A stretch of DNA of 64,000 nucleotides from a virus (lineage: Duplodnaviria; Caudoviricetes), in IMG/VR virus record IMGVR_UViG_2908764845_000006, positions 32,001 to 96,000 of that record; one strand, written 5' to 3'. Positions 46,696 to 57,156 of the stretch are shown one piece after another (the stretch's first letter is position 1; the number at the start of each line of letters is the position of its first letter). The translations under genes were made by a program, and so were the position numbers. The notes beneath the pieces are model-generated. The model was given only the letters and a program-made list of their open reading frames with translations, did not search any database and had not been told where the DNA came from.

Positions 46696-47664
46696 ATGGG
46701 TTACACCCACTATTGGACGCAGAAGCGCAACTTCACCATCGCTCAGTGGCAGCAGATCATCGTCGACCTCAAGGCGATCCTGGCCCACGCCCAGCACGTC
46801 GAGGGCATCGTGCTCGCCGGCTCCATGGGCGAAGGCAAGACCTCGCCGGAGTTCACCGACGATCTGATCGCCTTTAACGGGCTCGGCGACGACAGCCACG
46901 AGAGCTTCTACATTCAGCGGAAGCGGACGCTGGAGGAGTGGCAGAGCAAGGATCGACTCGGCTGGTCGTTCTGCAAGACGGCGCACAAGCCCTACGACCG
47001 CGTCGTCGTTGCCTGCCTGTGCTACCTCGCAACCGTGACGCGGAAGGAGGACCCCGCGACGCATGAGCCGATCATCGGCAGCGAGGCGTTCTCGGTGACC
47101 TCGGACGGTGACAGCACCGACTTCCTCGCCGGCCTCGACATGGCGCGGGTGGCGCTGCCGCAATATGGCAACGTCCTCGACCTGCCGCTCTCGCTGATGG
47201 AGGACGACCGCTGGTGCGCGCCGTGGGTCAGCCTCTGCGGCGACAGACCGAAGTACGATGTCCGCTTCTGCGTCGACGGCCACGGCTACGTGCTCAAGGG
47301 CAAGCAGAGCTACCGCTTCGACACCCACGAGTCGATGGCGCGTTGGCTGAACGGATGCAAGCGCGTCGAGTTCAAGGGCGGTCGTCACAGCGATTACACG
47401 GTGCGCTGGAATGACCGGCTGCAGGACAACTATCGCATCGAGCCGAACATCTGGAACGCGACCGGATCGTTCGACAAGGCGCGGCACGCCCGTATCCAGC
47501 CAGCGCAAGAGGCTGCGCTGTCGGCGCTGTTCCCGGCGCCCGCTGCCAACGCGCATCAGCCGCCGGCATTCGTTCGCCCCGGCCAGATGCCGGAGAACGG
47601 CGGACGCGAGTTCTGCTACAGCGTCACCGAGCTGCTCGACCGCCTGTCGGTGAAGGCGGCCTGA
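46696..47664 (+). CDS. Hypothetical protein (MGYTHYW...FCKTAHKPYD family)
   Basis: 322 aa, full leader. Confidence 0.75.
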   Translation: MGYTHYWTQKRNFTIAQWQQIIVDLKAILAHAQHVEGIVLAGSMGEGKTSPEFTDDLIAFNGLGDDSHESFYIQRKRTLEEWQSKDRLGWSFCKTAHKPYDRVVVACLCYLATVTRKEDPATHEPIIGSEAFSVTSDGDSTDFLAGLDMARVALPQYGNVLDLPLSLMEDDRWCAPWVSLCGDRPKYDVRFCVDGHGYVLKGKQSYRFDTHESMARWLNGCKRVEFKGGRHSDYTVRWNDRLQDNYRIEPNIWNATGSFDKARHARIQPAQEAALSALFPAPAANAHQPPAFVRPGQMPENGGREFCYSVTELLDRLSVKAA

Positions 47665-47736
47665 CACCCGATACCGCGCGACGGCTTTCGCAGAGCCGCC
47701 GCGCGGCCCATCCCCATCATCATCAAGGAGACCAAC

Positions 47737-48006
47737 ATGACCCGCATTATCCTCAAGTGCTATCCCGCCTCCCGCGTTGACGGCAACGTCCAGATCGCGG
47801 TGACCTCCGACGGCCCGCACCCGCAGCGGACCGTGGAGATCGTCCGCGCGGCCGAAGCCGAGGCCGAGTTCAAGGCCTACTGCGCGGAGGTCGAGGCCAC
47901 CGGCAAGGGCGCGGCCGTCTCGATGTCGCTCGGTCGCGGCGAGCGCGCCCCGAACGGCTTCCACAAGCTGCCCGGCGCCAAGACCTTCCACCCCGTCAAC
48001 ATCTGA
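47737..48006 (+). CDS. Hypothetical protein
   Basis: Full leader. Confidence 0.7.
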   Translation: MTRIILKCYPASRVDGNVQIAVTSDGPHPQRTVEIVRAAEAEAEFKAYCAEVEATGKGAAVSMSLGRGERAPNGFHKLPGAKTFHPVNI

Positions 48007-48065
48007 CGATCAACGGCCCCGCTTCGCAGGCGGGGCCCCTTCCCCATCACAAGGAGACCAGACCA

Positions 48066-49424
48066 ATGAACGCTCATGTCAAGATCGGGCAAGAGATCGC
48101 CCGCCAACGCAGCCTGCCCGAGATCATCGCCGAATACGAGGCGAAGGCGCAGGCAATCTCCGACGGCCTGCGCGCCTGCGGCAAGGCGCAACTCGACCTG
48201 CAGACGACGGCAACGCTTGCCGGCGTCTACGGCAACAGCCACCTCGACTTCAAACTGCCGTCCGAGCGAGACCTGCACCAGCACCTGCTCAGGTCCGCGT
48301 GGCTGCACGCCTACGCTGGCTGCAACATCGAACTCCTGTCGTCGCCGACCGACAAGAGCCTGTGGAAGCAGCAACTGGAGAAGCTCCCGCCCTTCACGCT
48401 GGAGAACATCCGCGAGCTGTTCGGTAAGTTCCTGATCGACCCCCGCGCCAGTATGCTGCGCGGGCTCGCCGAGGTGTTCTGTGGCCTGGACCAAGCCTTC
48501 AAGAGCCACGACGTCGTCAAGATCGGCGTCAAGGGTCTGCCGAAGCGCATCATCATGTCGGGCTTCTCCAAGTATTCGACCTACGGTCGGGAAAAGCTGG
48601 AGACGGTCCTCAATGCGCTGGCTGCCTATCAGGGCAAGCCATTGGTCGATCACGTCGAGCTGAGCGCTATCTTCGACAACGAGGACGCGCTGCTCAAGGC
48701 AGGGACGCTGACGAAGTACGACAAGACCACGATCGACCATCCCGCCCGTGGCGTCCGCCTGCGCACATTCTCCAACGGCAACGGTCACCTGTTCTTTGAG
48801 CCCGACACGCTCAAGGACGTGAACCTGGCCCTCGCCGAGTTCTACGGCGACGTGCTGCCCGACACCCCGGACGAGAACCCGGTCAAGGCGAAGTCGACCG
48901 CGGTCTCCAAGGACCTGCAGTACTACCCGACGCCGGCGAAGGTGGTGGACGACGTGATCTATCCGATCGCTCACCTGCTCAAGGGCGCCAAGGTGCTGGA
49001 GCCGAACTGCGGCTGTGGCCGCTTCATGGTGGCGCTGCGCAAGAAAGGCGCCGACGTCTACGGCGTGGAAGTCGACGCCGGCCGCGCAGCGCTGTGCCGC
49101 GCACTGGGCCTGACGGTGTTGCACGCAAACTTCCTCGAGCTCGCGCCGCGCGCGGAGTTCAAGTTCGTGTTCATGAACCCACCGTTCTACGGCAGGCACT
49201 ACGCACTGCATGTCCGGCACGCCTTCGACTTCCTTGAGCCGGGCGGCACGTTGAAGGCGATCCTTCCGATCACCGCGCGCGACCACGGCCTACTCGATGA
49301 TCTGATCGGCAAGCGAGATAGCTGGAACAGCGCGTGGAACGACCTTCCGGTCGGCTCCTTCTCGGAGAGCGGAACCAACATCAACACCACCGTGCTCACC
49401 CTCCACAAGCCGGGCCGGAGGTGA
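48066..49424 (+). CDS. DUF4942-like domain + amino (N6A/N4C) DNA methyltransferase
   Basis: YYPTP, VLEPNCGCG (motif I), FMNPPF (motif IV), FSESGT; FSNGNGHL. Confidence 0.8.
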   Translation: MNAHVKIGQEIARQRSLPEIIAEYEAKAQAISDGLRACGKAQLDLQTTATLAGVYGNSHLDFKLPSERDLHQHLLRSAWLHAYAGCNIELLSSPTDKSLWKQQLEKLPPFTLENIRELFGKFLIDPRASMLRGLAEVFCGLDQAFKSHDVVKIGVKGLPKRIIMSGFSKYSTYGREKLETVLNALAAYQGKPLVDHVELSAIFDNEDALLKAGTLTKYDKTTIDHPARGVRLRTFSNGNGHLFFEPDTLKDVNLALAEFYGDVLPDTPDENPVKAKSTAVSKDLQYYPTPAKVVDDVIYPIAHLLKGAKVLEPNCGCGRFMVALRKKGADVYGVEVDAGRAALCRALGLTVLHANFLELAPRAEFKFVFMNPPFYGRHYALHVRHAFDFLEPGGTLKAILPITARDHGLLDDLIGKRDSWNSAWNDLPVGSFSESGTNINTTVLTLHKPGRR

Positions 49425-49427
49425 GCT

Positions 49428-49628
49428 ATGGCCCTGCACACTTACACCGACTACTGCAAAGGCCTTTTCGGAGTGAACGATGGCTTCACTGGCGTCGTCT
49501 ACTCCGACACCGGTCGCCTCAACTACGCCGCCGTCGTCAACGGCAGAATGCTGCAAAACAAACGCGGCATGAACCGATGGTTCGGTAGCGCCGAGGCCGC
49601 CCAGAAGGCAATCGAGGCGGAGGACTGA
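49428..49628 (+). CDS. Hypothetical protein
   Basis: GGAGG RBS. Confidence 0.55.
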   Translation: MALHTYTDYCKGLFGVNDGFTGVVYSDTGRLNYAAVVNGRMLQNKRGMNRWFGSAEAAQKAIEAED

Positions 49629-49631
49629 ACC

Positions 49632-49877
49632 ATGACAAACCTCGGACCACTGCAGCGCTATCGTGATGCACTGATCGACGTCGATCAGCCGGCAAGCGCA
49701 TATGCGATCGCCCTCGTCAACATTCTCAAACGGATGGCGGAGATCGAGAGCCGGAGCGTCACCAAGAGCCACTACCGGGACCTCGGCCCCGATGAACAGG
49801 ACGAACCGCCGACCGGCGACACCTACAATGAGCTGTGGGACGCCGTGCTCGACGAGATCAAGGCCATCACCACCTAA
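49632..49877 (+). CDS. Hypothetical protein
   Basis: AAGGA RBS. Confidence 0.55.
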   Translation: MTNLGPLQRYRDALIDVDQPASAYAIALVNILKRMAEIESRSVTKSHYRDLGPDEQDEPPTGDTYNELWDAVLDEIKAITT

Positions 49878-49920
49878 GTCCCGGGCTTTCGCAGAGCCCT
49901 CAATCCAAGGAGACCACCAC

Positions 49921-50358
49921 ATGAAGATCTTTATCGTGCAGTCCGAACACTTCCACGTGCCCGGCAACCCGATATCCCTCCACGCCACCATGGAGGGCGC
50001 CGCGCGCGAAGCCGCCGACCTTGTCAACGATATGCTTGAATGGATCGACCAGCCGGAGGACGCCAAGCCGGAGACGTGGGAAGCGGACCTGCTCCGTGCC
50101 CGCACCCTGCGCGCCGAGCAGATGGATTGTGATCTCGACGAGCTTGGCGAGGACGACGGCGACGTCTGGATCACCGAGAAGGAGGTCGAGGTTCCGATCA
50201 TCGGCAAGATGCTCGCCATGCTCGATCGCATCCACGGCACCATGGAGGAGGATCTCAAGAACGCCGATCAAGGCGAGAAGGACCTCTTCAATGAGATTGG
50301 CTGCCTGATCGCGGAAGCGAAGGGCGAGTACGACCCGAACGCCGCCACCGGCTCTTAA
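49921..50358 (+). CDS. Acidic hypothetical protein
   Basis: Full leader. Confidence 0.7.
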   Translation: MKIFIVQSEHFHVPGNPISLHATMEGAAREAADLVNDMLEWIDQPEDAKPETWEADLLRARTLRAEQMDCDLDELGEDDGDVWITEKEVEVPIIGKMLAMLDRIHGTMEEDLKNADQGEKDLFNEIGCLIAEAKGEYDPNAATGS

Positions 50359-50401
50359 CCACCCCCGGGCTTCGCAGGCCCATCACAAGGAGACCAAGAC
50401 T

Positions 50402-50998
50402 ATGCCTGATACCACATGGACCACGATGCGCGTCGGCGGCGCGCTGCCGTCCGACAAGATCGAAGCGCTCCTCGAAGCAATCGAGAACGACTTCTCCTAC
50501 GAATGTCAGGAGGCGCCCGACGACGAAGAGGATCTTCGTGCGATCGTCGCCAAGGGGGAGAGCGTCAAGCTGCAGGCGCACGTCTACGGCAACCCGGATA
50601 GGGTCGTCGCCTTCTGCAAGGAGAACGGCCTGCCGTTCTGGATGCACTGCGAGGCTGGCTACGAGTGGGACGCCTTCATCTCGATCTGGGCGCCCGGCAT
50701 GGCGAAGGAGGAAGAGTGCCCGGCCTCCGGGCAGGGCTACACACCGCAGGTCGATCTCTCGACCCTGCGAACGTGGGCCGGCAACGGCATCCTGATGCTC
50801 ATAAAGGATGTCGAGCGCTTCGAGAGTGAGCGCGTCCCGCCGCTCACCATCACCGAGATGGTGGAGGACGGCGAACCGTTCGGCGCCATCACGCCGTCGG
50901 GTGATCGCCTCGATCACTGGGACGAGCGGCTGCGCGCCGCCGACTGCACCCCGATCTACCGCATGGTGCCGAAGGTGGAGAAGCCCGATGTCCGCTGA
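50402..50998 (+). CDS. Acidic hypothetical protein
   Basis: Full leader. Confidence 0.7.
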   Translation: MPDTTWTTMRVGGALPSDKIEALLEAIENDFSYECQEAPDDEEDLRAIVAKGESVKLQAHVYGNPDRVVAFCKENGLPFWMHCEAGYEWDAFISIWAPGMAKEEECPASGQGYTPQVDLSTLRTWAGNGILMLIKDVERFESERVPPLTITEMVEDGEPFGAITPSGDRLDHWDERLRAADCTPIYRMVPKVEKPDVR

Positions 50999-51368
50999 AC
51001 TCGTCGCCATCGTCATCGTCAAGGACGGCTGCGTGATCGACGCCATCGTCCCCGACGGCGTCCGCGTCATCGTCAAGGACTACGACGTGCAGGACGCTGA
51101 CCCCGATCACCTGCGCGACGACCGCGGCCCTTTCACCCAAGACGAATGGACCCACCGCCGCCTCAAGACGCCCGGCTGTCAGCACCAGCACGAGGGCGAA
51201 CCGCACTGTCAGCCCGTGTTCCTCAATAGCTACCACTGCGACACATGCGACGTGTCGTGGGAGGACAGTCACTCATGCGGATGCGACGACGAGTGTCCGG
51301 AGTGCGGGGCCGACACCAGCCCCGAGACCTCGGAGGAGACCGCACCGTGCGCTTGCGAAAGCCTCTGA
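50988..51368 (+). CDS. Zn-ribbon hypothetical protein
   Basis: YHCDTC...W...CDDECPECG. Confidence 0.65.
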   Translation: MSAELVAIVIVKDGCVIDAIVPDGVRVIVKDYDVQDADPDHLRDDRGPFTQDEWTHRRLKTPGCQHQHEGEPHCQPVFLNSYHCDTCDVSWEDSHSCGCDDECPECGADTSPETSEETAPCACESL

Positions 51369-51498
51369 GCACATTCGACCGAGACCTCACGTTCTTCATG
51401 ATCGGCGCCGCTGTCGGCGCCCTCATGGCGATCGGGTGGCAACTTCACTAACCAATCCCAACGGGCTTCGCAGGCCCATCATCAAGGAGACCAAGACT

Positions 51499-52737
51499 AT
51501 GAGTCATTTCGCAGTTCTAGTGATCTCGCCGACCGAGCTCACCAAGGAAACGATCAAGCCGATGCTGCAGCCTTGGCACGAGTTCGAGTGCACCGGCTTC
51601 GATGACCAATATGTCGTCGATGTCGACAAGACTGAAGAGGTCCTCGCCGAGTATCGCGAGCAGACCCGCTCGATGATCCGTTCCCCTGACGGCATTCAGG
51701 TCGCGGCCCACGACGATCGGTTCTACCGCAACCCGACCGAGCAGGAGCAGCAGATCATGGGCAAAGTCCCGGGCACGGGAAGTCGCGGCGATTTGTCGTG
51801 GACGAGCAAGGACTGGGGTGACGGCCGGGGCTATCGCGGCAAGGTGCACTTCGTGCCTGACGGATATAGCAAGGTGGAAGTGCCGTGCAGCGAGGTCATG
51901 ACCATCGCCGAGTTTATCGACTGGTGGCACAGCGGCAAGATCGTTCGCAGCGAGGCCGAGATCGACCGGAGCGGCGAGCACAAATACGGCTACGCGCTCA
52001 TTGCCGAGAACGGCGATTTGATCCGGATGATCGACCGCACCAACCCGAACCGGAAATGGGACTGGTGGGCGGTTGGTGGCCGCTGGTCGGGCATGCTCGC
52101 CGCTCCCGGCTACGATCCCGAGAAAGACCCGGCCAATCAGGAGACCTGCACCCTGTGTGGCGGTTCCGGCAAGCGTACGTTTCGGGCGGAGGAGATCGTC
52201 TGCAACAAGTGCGATGGCAGGGGCACTGCGGTCAAGTGGCCGAGCAGCTGGGTCGACACCGGCAACCACGCCCAGCTCAAGGACATCCCGCTGGAGGCGA
52301 TCCGCAACCACGCCGAGATCGAGGCGCTCAAGCGGTTCGACGAGGCGCAGGAGGTGATCGCCGGCCGGGGCTTCAAACGGTGGGACGAGGTCAAGGCCGA
52401 CAATGGCGGCGACATCGACAAGACCCGCGAGGCCTACCGCGGCCAGCAAGTGCTCAAGGACCTCGAGGAAGCCAAGCTGGTCAGCTTCTTCGATGACGAC
52501 GAGATCATCGGACTGTTCTGGATGTCACGCGCAGATCGGGCCACCCGCGCTCGCAACAACGCGCTTCGCACCTTCGCCGTCGTCAAGGACGGTCAGTGGT
52601 ACGAGCGCGGCGAGATGGGTTGGTTCGGGTGCGTCGCTGACGAGAAGGACTCCGAACAATGGTCGCGCGAGTTCGCGGCCCTGCTCGACGGCCTGCCGCC
52701 CGAAACCTGGCTCGCCGTCGTCGACTGCCACATCTGA
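51499..52737 (+). CDS. Hypothetical protein with inserted DnaJ-type Zn finger
   Basis: MSHFAVLV...NPNRKWDWWAVGGRW, CTLCGGSG, CNKCDGRG, terminal VVDCHI. Confidence 0.75.
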   Translation: MSHFAVLVISPTELTKETIKPMLQPWHEFECTGFDDQYVVDVDKTEEVLAEYREQTRSMIRSPDGIQVAAHDDRFYRNPTEQEQQIMGKVPGTGSRGDLSWTSKDWGDGRGYRGKVHFVPDGYSKVEVPCSEVMTIAEFIDWWHSGKIVRSEAEIDRSGEHKYGYALIAENGDLIRMIDRTNPNRKWDWWAVGGRWSGMLAAPGYDPEKDPANQETCTLCGGSGKRTFRAEEIVCNKCDGRGTAVKWPSSWVDTGNHAQLKDIPLEAIRNHAEIEALKRFDEAQEVIAGRGFKRWDEVKADNGGDIDKTREAYRGQQVLKDLEEAKLVSFFDDDEIIGLFWMSRADRATRARNNALRTFAVVKDGQWYERGEMGWFGCVADEKDSEQWSREFAALLDGLPPETWLAVVDCHI

Positions 52738-52798
52738 TCTGAAACCCCAACCGGGGCCGCTTCGCAGGCGGCCCCATCATTCCACAAGGAGACCAACT

Positions 52799-54754
52799 AT
52801 GACTGACATCACCATCAACGGCCTGACCCGCGCCGACATCAAGGCGGGCGAGACCTACGAGTTCCGCATGGGCGGCAGCGTCCAGAGTATCGAGGTGCGC
52901 GCCGTCGGCGACGACGGCTTCATGACCCAGTTCGGCCCGATGCCGTGGAGCAACGCCGGAATGTTGACCCGGCCGACCCCGGCGACGACCATGGACACGC
53001 CGGAGATCAGGAAGATGGTCGCGGATGCGGCCGCCGATGCCGAGGCCGCGCCCCCGAAGAGCCGCAGGACTAAGGCGAAGGCCGAAGCCGAAGCCAAGGC
53101 CGATGTTGCGGCCGAGCCGCCTGCCCCGGAGCCCGCAGCGGTCCCGGCTCCCGCCAAGAAACCGCCCCTGACCCGCAGCCAAGAGATCGCGGCCGACGTG
53201 GCGGCGCTGCTCCGCGCTCGCAATCCGCTGTTGTGGATCGTCACCCGGGAGGAGGCCCGGGCCGAGCGCTACCTCGTGAGCGCCGCCGCCGCGGCTGGCT
53301 TCGTCCCGCGCATGTGGGATTGCGGTCAGGGCGTCACCGATGTCGCGGCCAAGGCCGAGAGCATCGGCTCCGCCGACATCGGCGAGACGCTCGGCGCCAT
53401 CCGCGCCCGGGCCGACGCCAAGTCCGACCGCGGCGCGTGGATCATGCGCGATCTGCCGCCGTGGCTGGCCGGGACCATTGGCATGGTGGTCTGCCGACAG
53501 GTGCGCAACCTGGCCCGCTTCCTGCCGGGCGTGGAGCGCGATGGCGCGCAGGCGCTGATCGTGCTGTCCCCGTCGGGCGATGTCCCGCCGGAGCTCGCCA
53601 ACCACGCCACGGTGATCGAGTGGCCGATGCCGGATCGCGCCGAGATCGCCAGCCTGCTGGACGACACGATCAACGGCCTGCCCGACGAGATGCGCGAGTC
53701 GGCAGCGCCCAACGGCACCCGGGAGGCGGCGATCGACTCCGCGATCGGGCTCACCGGCGAGGAAGCACAGGCCTGCTACTCGAAGTCGCTTGTGCAGCTG
53801 CGCAAGATCGACCCGACCGCCGTGTCGAGGGAGAAGAAGCGCGTCATCGCTCGCGAGAAGGTCCTCGAATGGTTCGACCCGATCCCCGGCGGCCTTGCGG
53901 CCGTCGGCGGTCTCGGCAACCTCAAGGACTGGCTGATGCAGCGTAAGCTCGCCTACTCCCCGGCCGCGCGTGCCTACGGCCTACCGGCGCCGAAGGGCTG
54001 CTTCCTCGTCGGCATCCCGGGCTGCGGAAAGTCGCTGATCTCGAAGGCGACCGCCACCGCCTTCGATGCGCCGCTGCTCAAGCTCGACTTGGGCGCGCTC
54101 AAGGGCAAGTTCGTCGGCGAGAGCGAGGCCAACATGCGCAAGGCGCTTCGCACCATCGAGGCGATTGGCCGCTGCGTGGTCTGGATCGACGAGATCGAGA
54201 AGGCCCTGACCGGGGCCACCGCCGGCGGCTCGGACGGCGGCGTCTCGTCGGACCAGCTCGGCGCGCTGCTGCAGTGGATGCAGGAGCGCACCAGCGAGTC
54301 GTTCGTGATCGCCACCGCCAACTCGGTGGCGACCCTGCCGCCGGAGCTGCTCCGCAAGGGCCGCTTCGACGAGTTCTGGTTCGTCGACCTGCCGAACCCG
54401 AACGAGCGCGTTGAGATCCTCAACGCAGGGCTCAAGGCGCACGGCCGCAGCTTCTCGGACATCAAGGCCGAGGAGATCGCCAACGTGGTTGCCGCGACCG
54501 ACGGCTTCACCGGCTCGGAGATCGCAGCCATCGTCCCGGACGCCCTGTTCGCAGCGTTCGCCGACGGCGGCCGCCAGATCACCTGTGTCGATCTGGTGAA
54601 GGCGGCGAAGGCCGTGACCCCGCTCTCGGTCACCGCGAAGGACAAGATCGCGGAGCTGCGCAACTGGGCAGCTGGCAAGGCCCGTCGCGCCACCGACGAG
54701 TGGACTGCGGAGACGGCAAAGGTTCGCTCTACCGGCCGCGCCCTCGACATCTGA
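52799..54754 (+). CDS. AAA+ ATPase, Ycf46-like
   Basis: Walker A GIPGCGKS, Walker B VWIDEIEK, ATAN, LPPELLRKGRFDE; degenerate N-terminal AAA module. Confidence 0.85.
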   Translation: MTDITINGLTRADIKAGETYEFRMGGSVQSIEVRAVGDDGFMTQFGPMPWSNAGMLTRPTPATTMDTPEIRKMVADAAADAEAAPPKSRRTKAKAEAEAKADVAAEPPAPEPAAVPAPAKKPPLTRSQEIAADVAALLRARNPLLWIVTREEARAERYLVSAAAAAGFVPRMWDCGQGVTDVAAKAESIGSADIGETLGAIRARADAKSDRGAWIMRDLPPWLAGTIGMVVCRQVRNLARFLPGVERDGAQALIVLSPSGDVPPELANHATVIEWPMPDRAEIASLLDDTINGLPDEMRESAAPNGTREAAIDSAIGLTGEEAQACYSKSLVQLRKIDPTAVSREKKRVIAREKVLEWFDPIPGGLAAVGGLGNLKDWLMQRKLAYSPAARAYGLPAPKGCFLVGIPGCGKSLISKATATAFDAPLLKLDLGALKGKFVGESEANMRKALRTIEAIGRCVVWIDEIEKALTGATAGGSDGGVSSDQLGALLQWMQERTSESFVIATANSVATLPPELLRKGRFDEFWFVDLPNPNERVEILNAGLKAHGRSFSDIKAEEIANVVAATDGFTGSEIAAIVPDALFAAFADGGRQITCVDLVKAAKAVTPLSVTAKDKIAELRNWAAGKARRATDEWTAETAKVRSTGRALDI

Positions 54755-54866
54755 TCCACAAACCGCATGAGACCCGCACTGTTACGACAGTGCGGGAAGT
54801 GTCCATCCCGTGTACTATCAAACCGCGGTTTCGCAGACCGCATCATCCCGCAAGGAGACCCACACT

Positions 54867-55706
54867 ATGTCGATCATCAACACCACCATCCGTCCGGGCC
54901 GCATCGTCGTGCTGCGGACCACGATCACCGGCAACGTCAACTACACCAAGTCGGTCATCGAGGCCGAGCGCGTCGAGGCGGACGGCGCCAAGCGCGCCAA
55001 ATGGGAGACCGAGCGCGTCGTCATCAACCCGGACGAATACGAGGAGGCCACCACGCTGCGCGACAAGGTCCGGCAGACCATCGCCGGCCTGTGCATCAAG
55101 ACCACCTTCGGCCTGCTCTGCTCGGAGGAGAAGGTCGAGAAGCTCGAAGCCGCGTTCACCGAGGCGCGCCGGCTCGCCGACGAGTTCAACGGCCGCGCCT
55201 CCACGACCCAGATCAACGTGTTCGTGATCGCGGGCCGGGTGGCAGCCGATGACGTCGAGGCGATGCGGGCGATCAACTCGGAGGTCCGCGAGCTGATGCA
55301 GGACATGGAGACCGGCCTGCAGAACCTCGATGCGAAGGCGGTGCGCGATGCCGCCAAGAAAGCGCGGCTGCTCGGCTCGATGCTCTCCGACGACGCATCG
55401 GAGCGGGTCAAGCAGGCCATCGAGACCGCCCGCAAGGCGGCCAACGACATGGTCAAGGCCGCTGAGACGAGCTCGGCCGAGATCGACCTGCAGGCGATCC
55501 GCAAGATCACGGAGAGCCGCACCGCGTTCCTCGACATCACCGGCGACAACGTCGAGATCGCGGCTCCCGTGCACGGCGCCCGCGCGCTCGACTTCGAGCC
55601 GACCGAGGGCCAGGGGCCCGCGTCCGCGCCCGAGGTCGACGAGGAGGTCGCGCCGATCGCTCCGGCCGCCCCGGCCGTCAAGGTGCCGCAGCTCGAGATG
55701 GACTAA
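54867..55706 (+). CDS. Helical hypothetical protein (AAA-associated)
   Basis: 279 aa, full leader. Confidence 0.7.
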   Translation: MSIINTTIRPGRIVVLRTTITGNVNYTKSVIEAERVEADGAKRAKWETERVVINPDEYEEATTLRDKVRQTIAGLCIKTTFGLLCSEEKVEKLEAAFTEARRLADEFNGRASTTQINVFVIAGRVAADDVEAMRAINSEVRELMQDMETGLQNLDAKAVRDAAKKARLLGSMLSDDASERVKQAIETARKAANDMVKAAETSSAEIDLQAIRKITESRTAFLDITGDNVEIAAPVHGARALDFEPTEGQGPASAPEVDEEVAPIAPAAPAVKVPQLEMD

Positions 55707-55778
55707 CGACAACGACCCCGGCGGGCTTCGCAGGCCCGCCGGCTTCGCTTCAAACCCCAACATTTCAAGGAGACCAAC

Positions 55779-56123
55779 ATGGCTTGTGACACATGGCGTG
55801 CCAACGAGAACCAGACCCTTACCGAGCGCAAGGAAGAGATCAAGCGCGTGATCGACCTCGTCGCGCAGGAGATCGTCAAGGGCCGCGTCAAGCCCAAGGT
55901 GGGCGCGCAGGGCGCGATCACCTTCGAGGGACTGGACGCCGTCACCGACCGGCGCGGCGTCACCGACGCCTGCGTCTACCGCCGGATCATGTCGACCGGA
56001 TCGGCAATGGCGAAGCAGCAGCTCGCCCGCGCCGAGCAACTGGCCGGACGCCGCGTCGATGCGAAGGCGCTCGCCGGCGGCCACCACTCTCACGATGGAG
56101 GCAAGACATGGCACAAGCATTGA
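55779..56123 (+). CDS. Hypothetical protein
   Basis: Full leader; ends in GHHSHDGGKTWHKH. Confidence 0.7.
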   Translation: MACDTWRANENQTLTERKEEIKRVIDLVAQEIVKGRVKPKVGAQGAITFEGLDAVTDRRGVTDACVYRRIMSTGSAMAKQQLARAEQLAGRRVDAKALAGGHHSHDGGKTWHKH

Positions 56124-56284
56124 AGCGCGGTGACGCTGTCGTCTGGCGCGTGTCGCTTGGCGTCGCCTTTCCCGGAGAGGTCGACACAGTGCGGGGCAAC
56201 GACGTCTACGTCCTGTTCCCAAATCGTGAGCGGCCCACGGGCGGTCACTGGCTGACCAGCGAAGAGCTGCAGCATGAGCGCTGA
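56108..56284 (+). CDS. Small SH3-like hypothetical protein
   Basis: GGAGG RBS. Confidence 0.5.
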   Translation: MAQALKRGDAVVWRVSLGVAFPGEVDTVRGNDVYVLFPNRERPTGGHWLTSEELQHER

Positions 56285-56543
56285 CCGAGACGGCTTCCTC
56301 GTGCAGGACCGGCCGTGCTCGACCTGCATCTATCGCAAGGACAGCCCGCTCGATCTAAAAAAACTCGAAGCCGACGTCGCCAATAAGCACGGCGGCTTCG
56401 AGGGCTATCGCGTCTGTCACCACTCGAACGACGCATGCTGCCGCGGCTTCTGGAACCGGCACAAGGACAAGTTCGCCATAGGGCAGATCGCCCAGCGGCT
56501 TGGCTTCGTGCGGTTCGTCCGCGACGACACTCTCAAAGACTGA
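56274..56543 (+). CDS. Cys-rich hypothetical protein
   Basis: PCSTC...CHH...CCRG. Confidence 0.6.
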   Translation: MSADRDGFLVQDRPCSTCIYRKDSPLDLKKLEADVANKHGGFEGYRVCHHSNDACCRGFWNRHKDKFAIGQIAQRLGFVRFVRDDTLKD

Positions 56544-56588
56544 CACCCCACCGCCTGTTCGCAGCAGGCGCATTCAAGGAGACCATCA

Positions 56589-56789
56589 ATGTCTGACGTA
56601 AGCTACGGCCCTTCACGGGCACAACGAGTGCTGGACCGTCACCGAGCCGACACCGGCCTCGAAGGCGATCAGGAGATCATGCTTACCCACCTGCTCGGCG
56701 ACATCATCGAGTGGTGCGATGCTCACAAGGTCGACTTCGACCTCGTCGTGCAGAGCACCCGCGAGATGCTGAGGGATGCCGCATCATGA
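56589..56789 (+). CDS. Hypothetical protein
   Basis: Full leader. Confidence 0.65.
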   Translation: MSDVSYGPSRAQRVLDRHRADTGLEGDQEIMLTHLLGDIIEWCDAHKVDFDLVVQSTREMLRDAAS

Positions 56790-56983
56790 GCGAGAAGAGC
56801 GTCATCGAGGACATCATCGAAGCCGCAGCCAAGCACGGCCGCGAGAGTGAGCCCGACCACGAGGTGGGCGACCTGCAGGACCTGCTGCGGGTGGCGTGGA
56901 AGATCATGGAGCCGCGGCAGCGCATCCGGTTCTGGAACCACGACACGACGACAGAGCTGCTCAAAGAGTGGGGAGGCATGTGA
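56786..56983 (+). CDS. Hypothetical protein
   Basis: HEVGDLQDLL motif. Confidence 0.6.
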   Translation: MSEKSVIEDIIEAAAKHGRESEPDHEVGDLQDLLRVAWKIMEPRQRIRFWNHDTTTELLKEWGGM

Positions 56984-57156
56984 TGGCCTTCCAGTACAAC
57001 GGCGACAAGTGCCCGAAGTGCCGGCGCTACATGATCGTGGCTCCGCCCATCCCGGCGAACTCGAACGATCAGGTCAAGTGCCAGGTCTGCGGCCATCAAG
57101 GCACGCTCGACGAGTTCGCCGAGGCATACGACCGCGACTTCCCGGAGGACGAATGA
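56983..57156 (+). CDS. Small Zn-ribbon protein
   Basis: CPKC...CQVC. Confidence 0.55.
   Translation: MAFQYNGDKCPKCRRYMIVAPPIPANSNDQVKCQVCGHQGTLDEFAEAYDRDFPEDE

Noticed and set aside
51508-54554. TTCGCAG heptamers inside coding sequence (51508, 54548)
   Set aside because: No flanking stem or RBS; treated as chance matches and not counted
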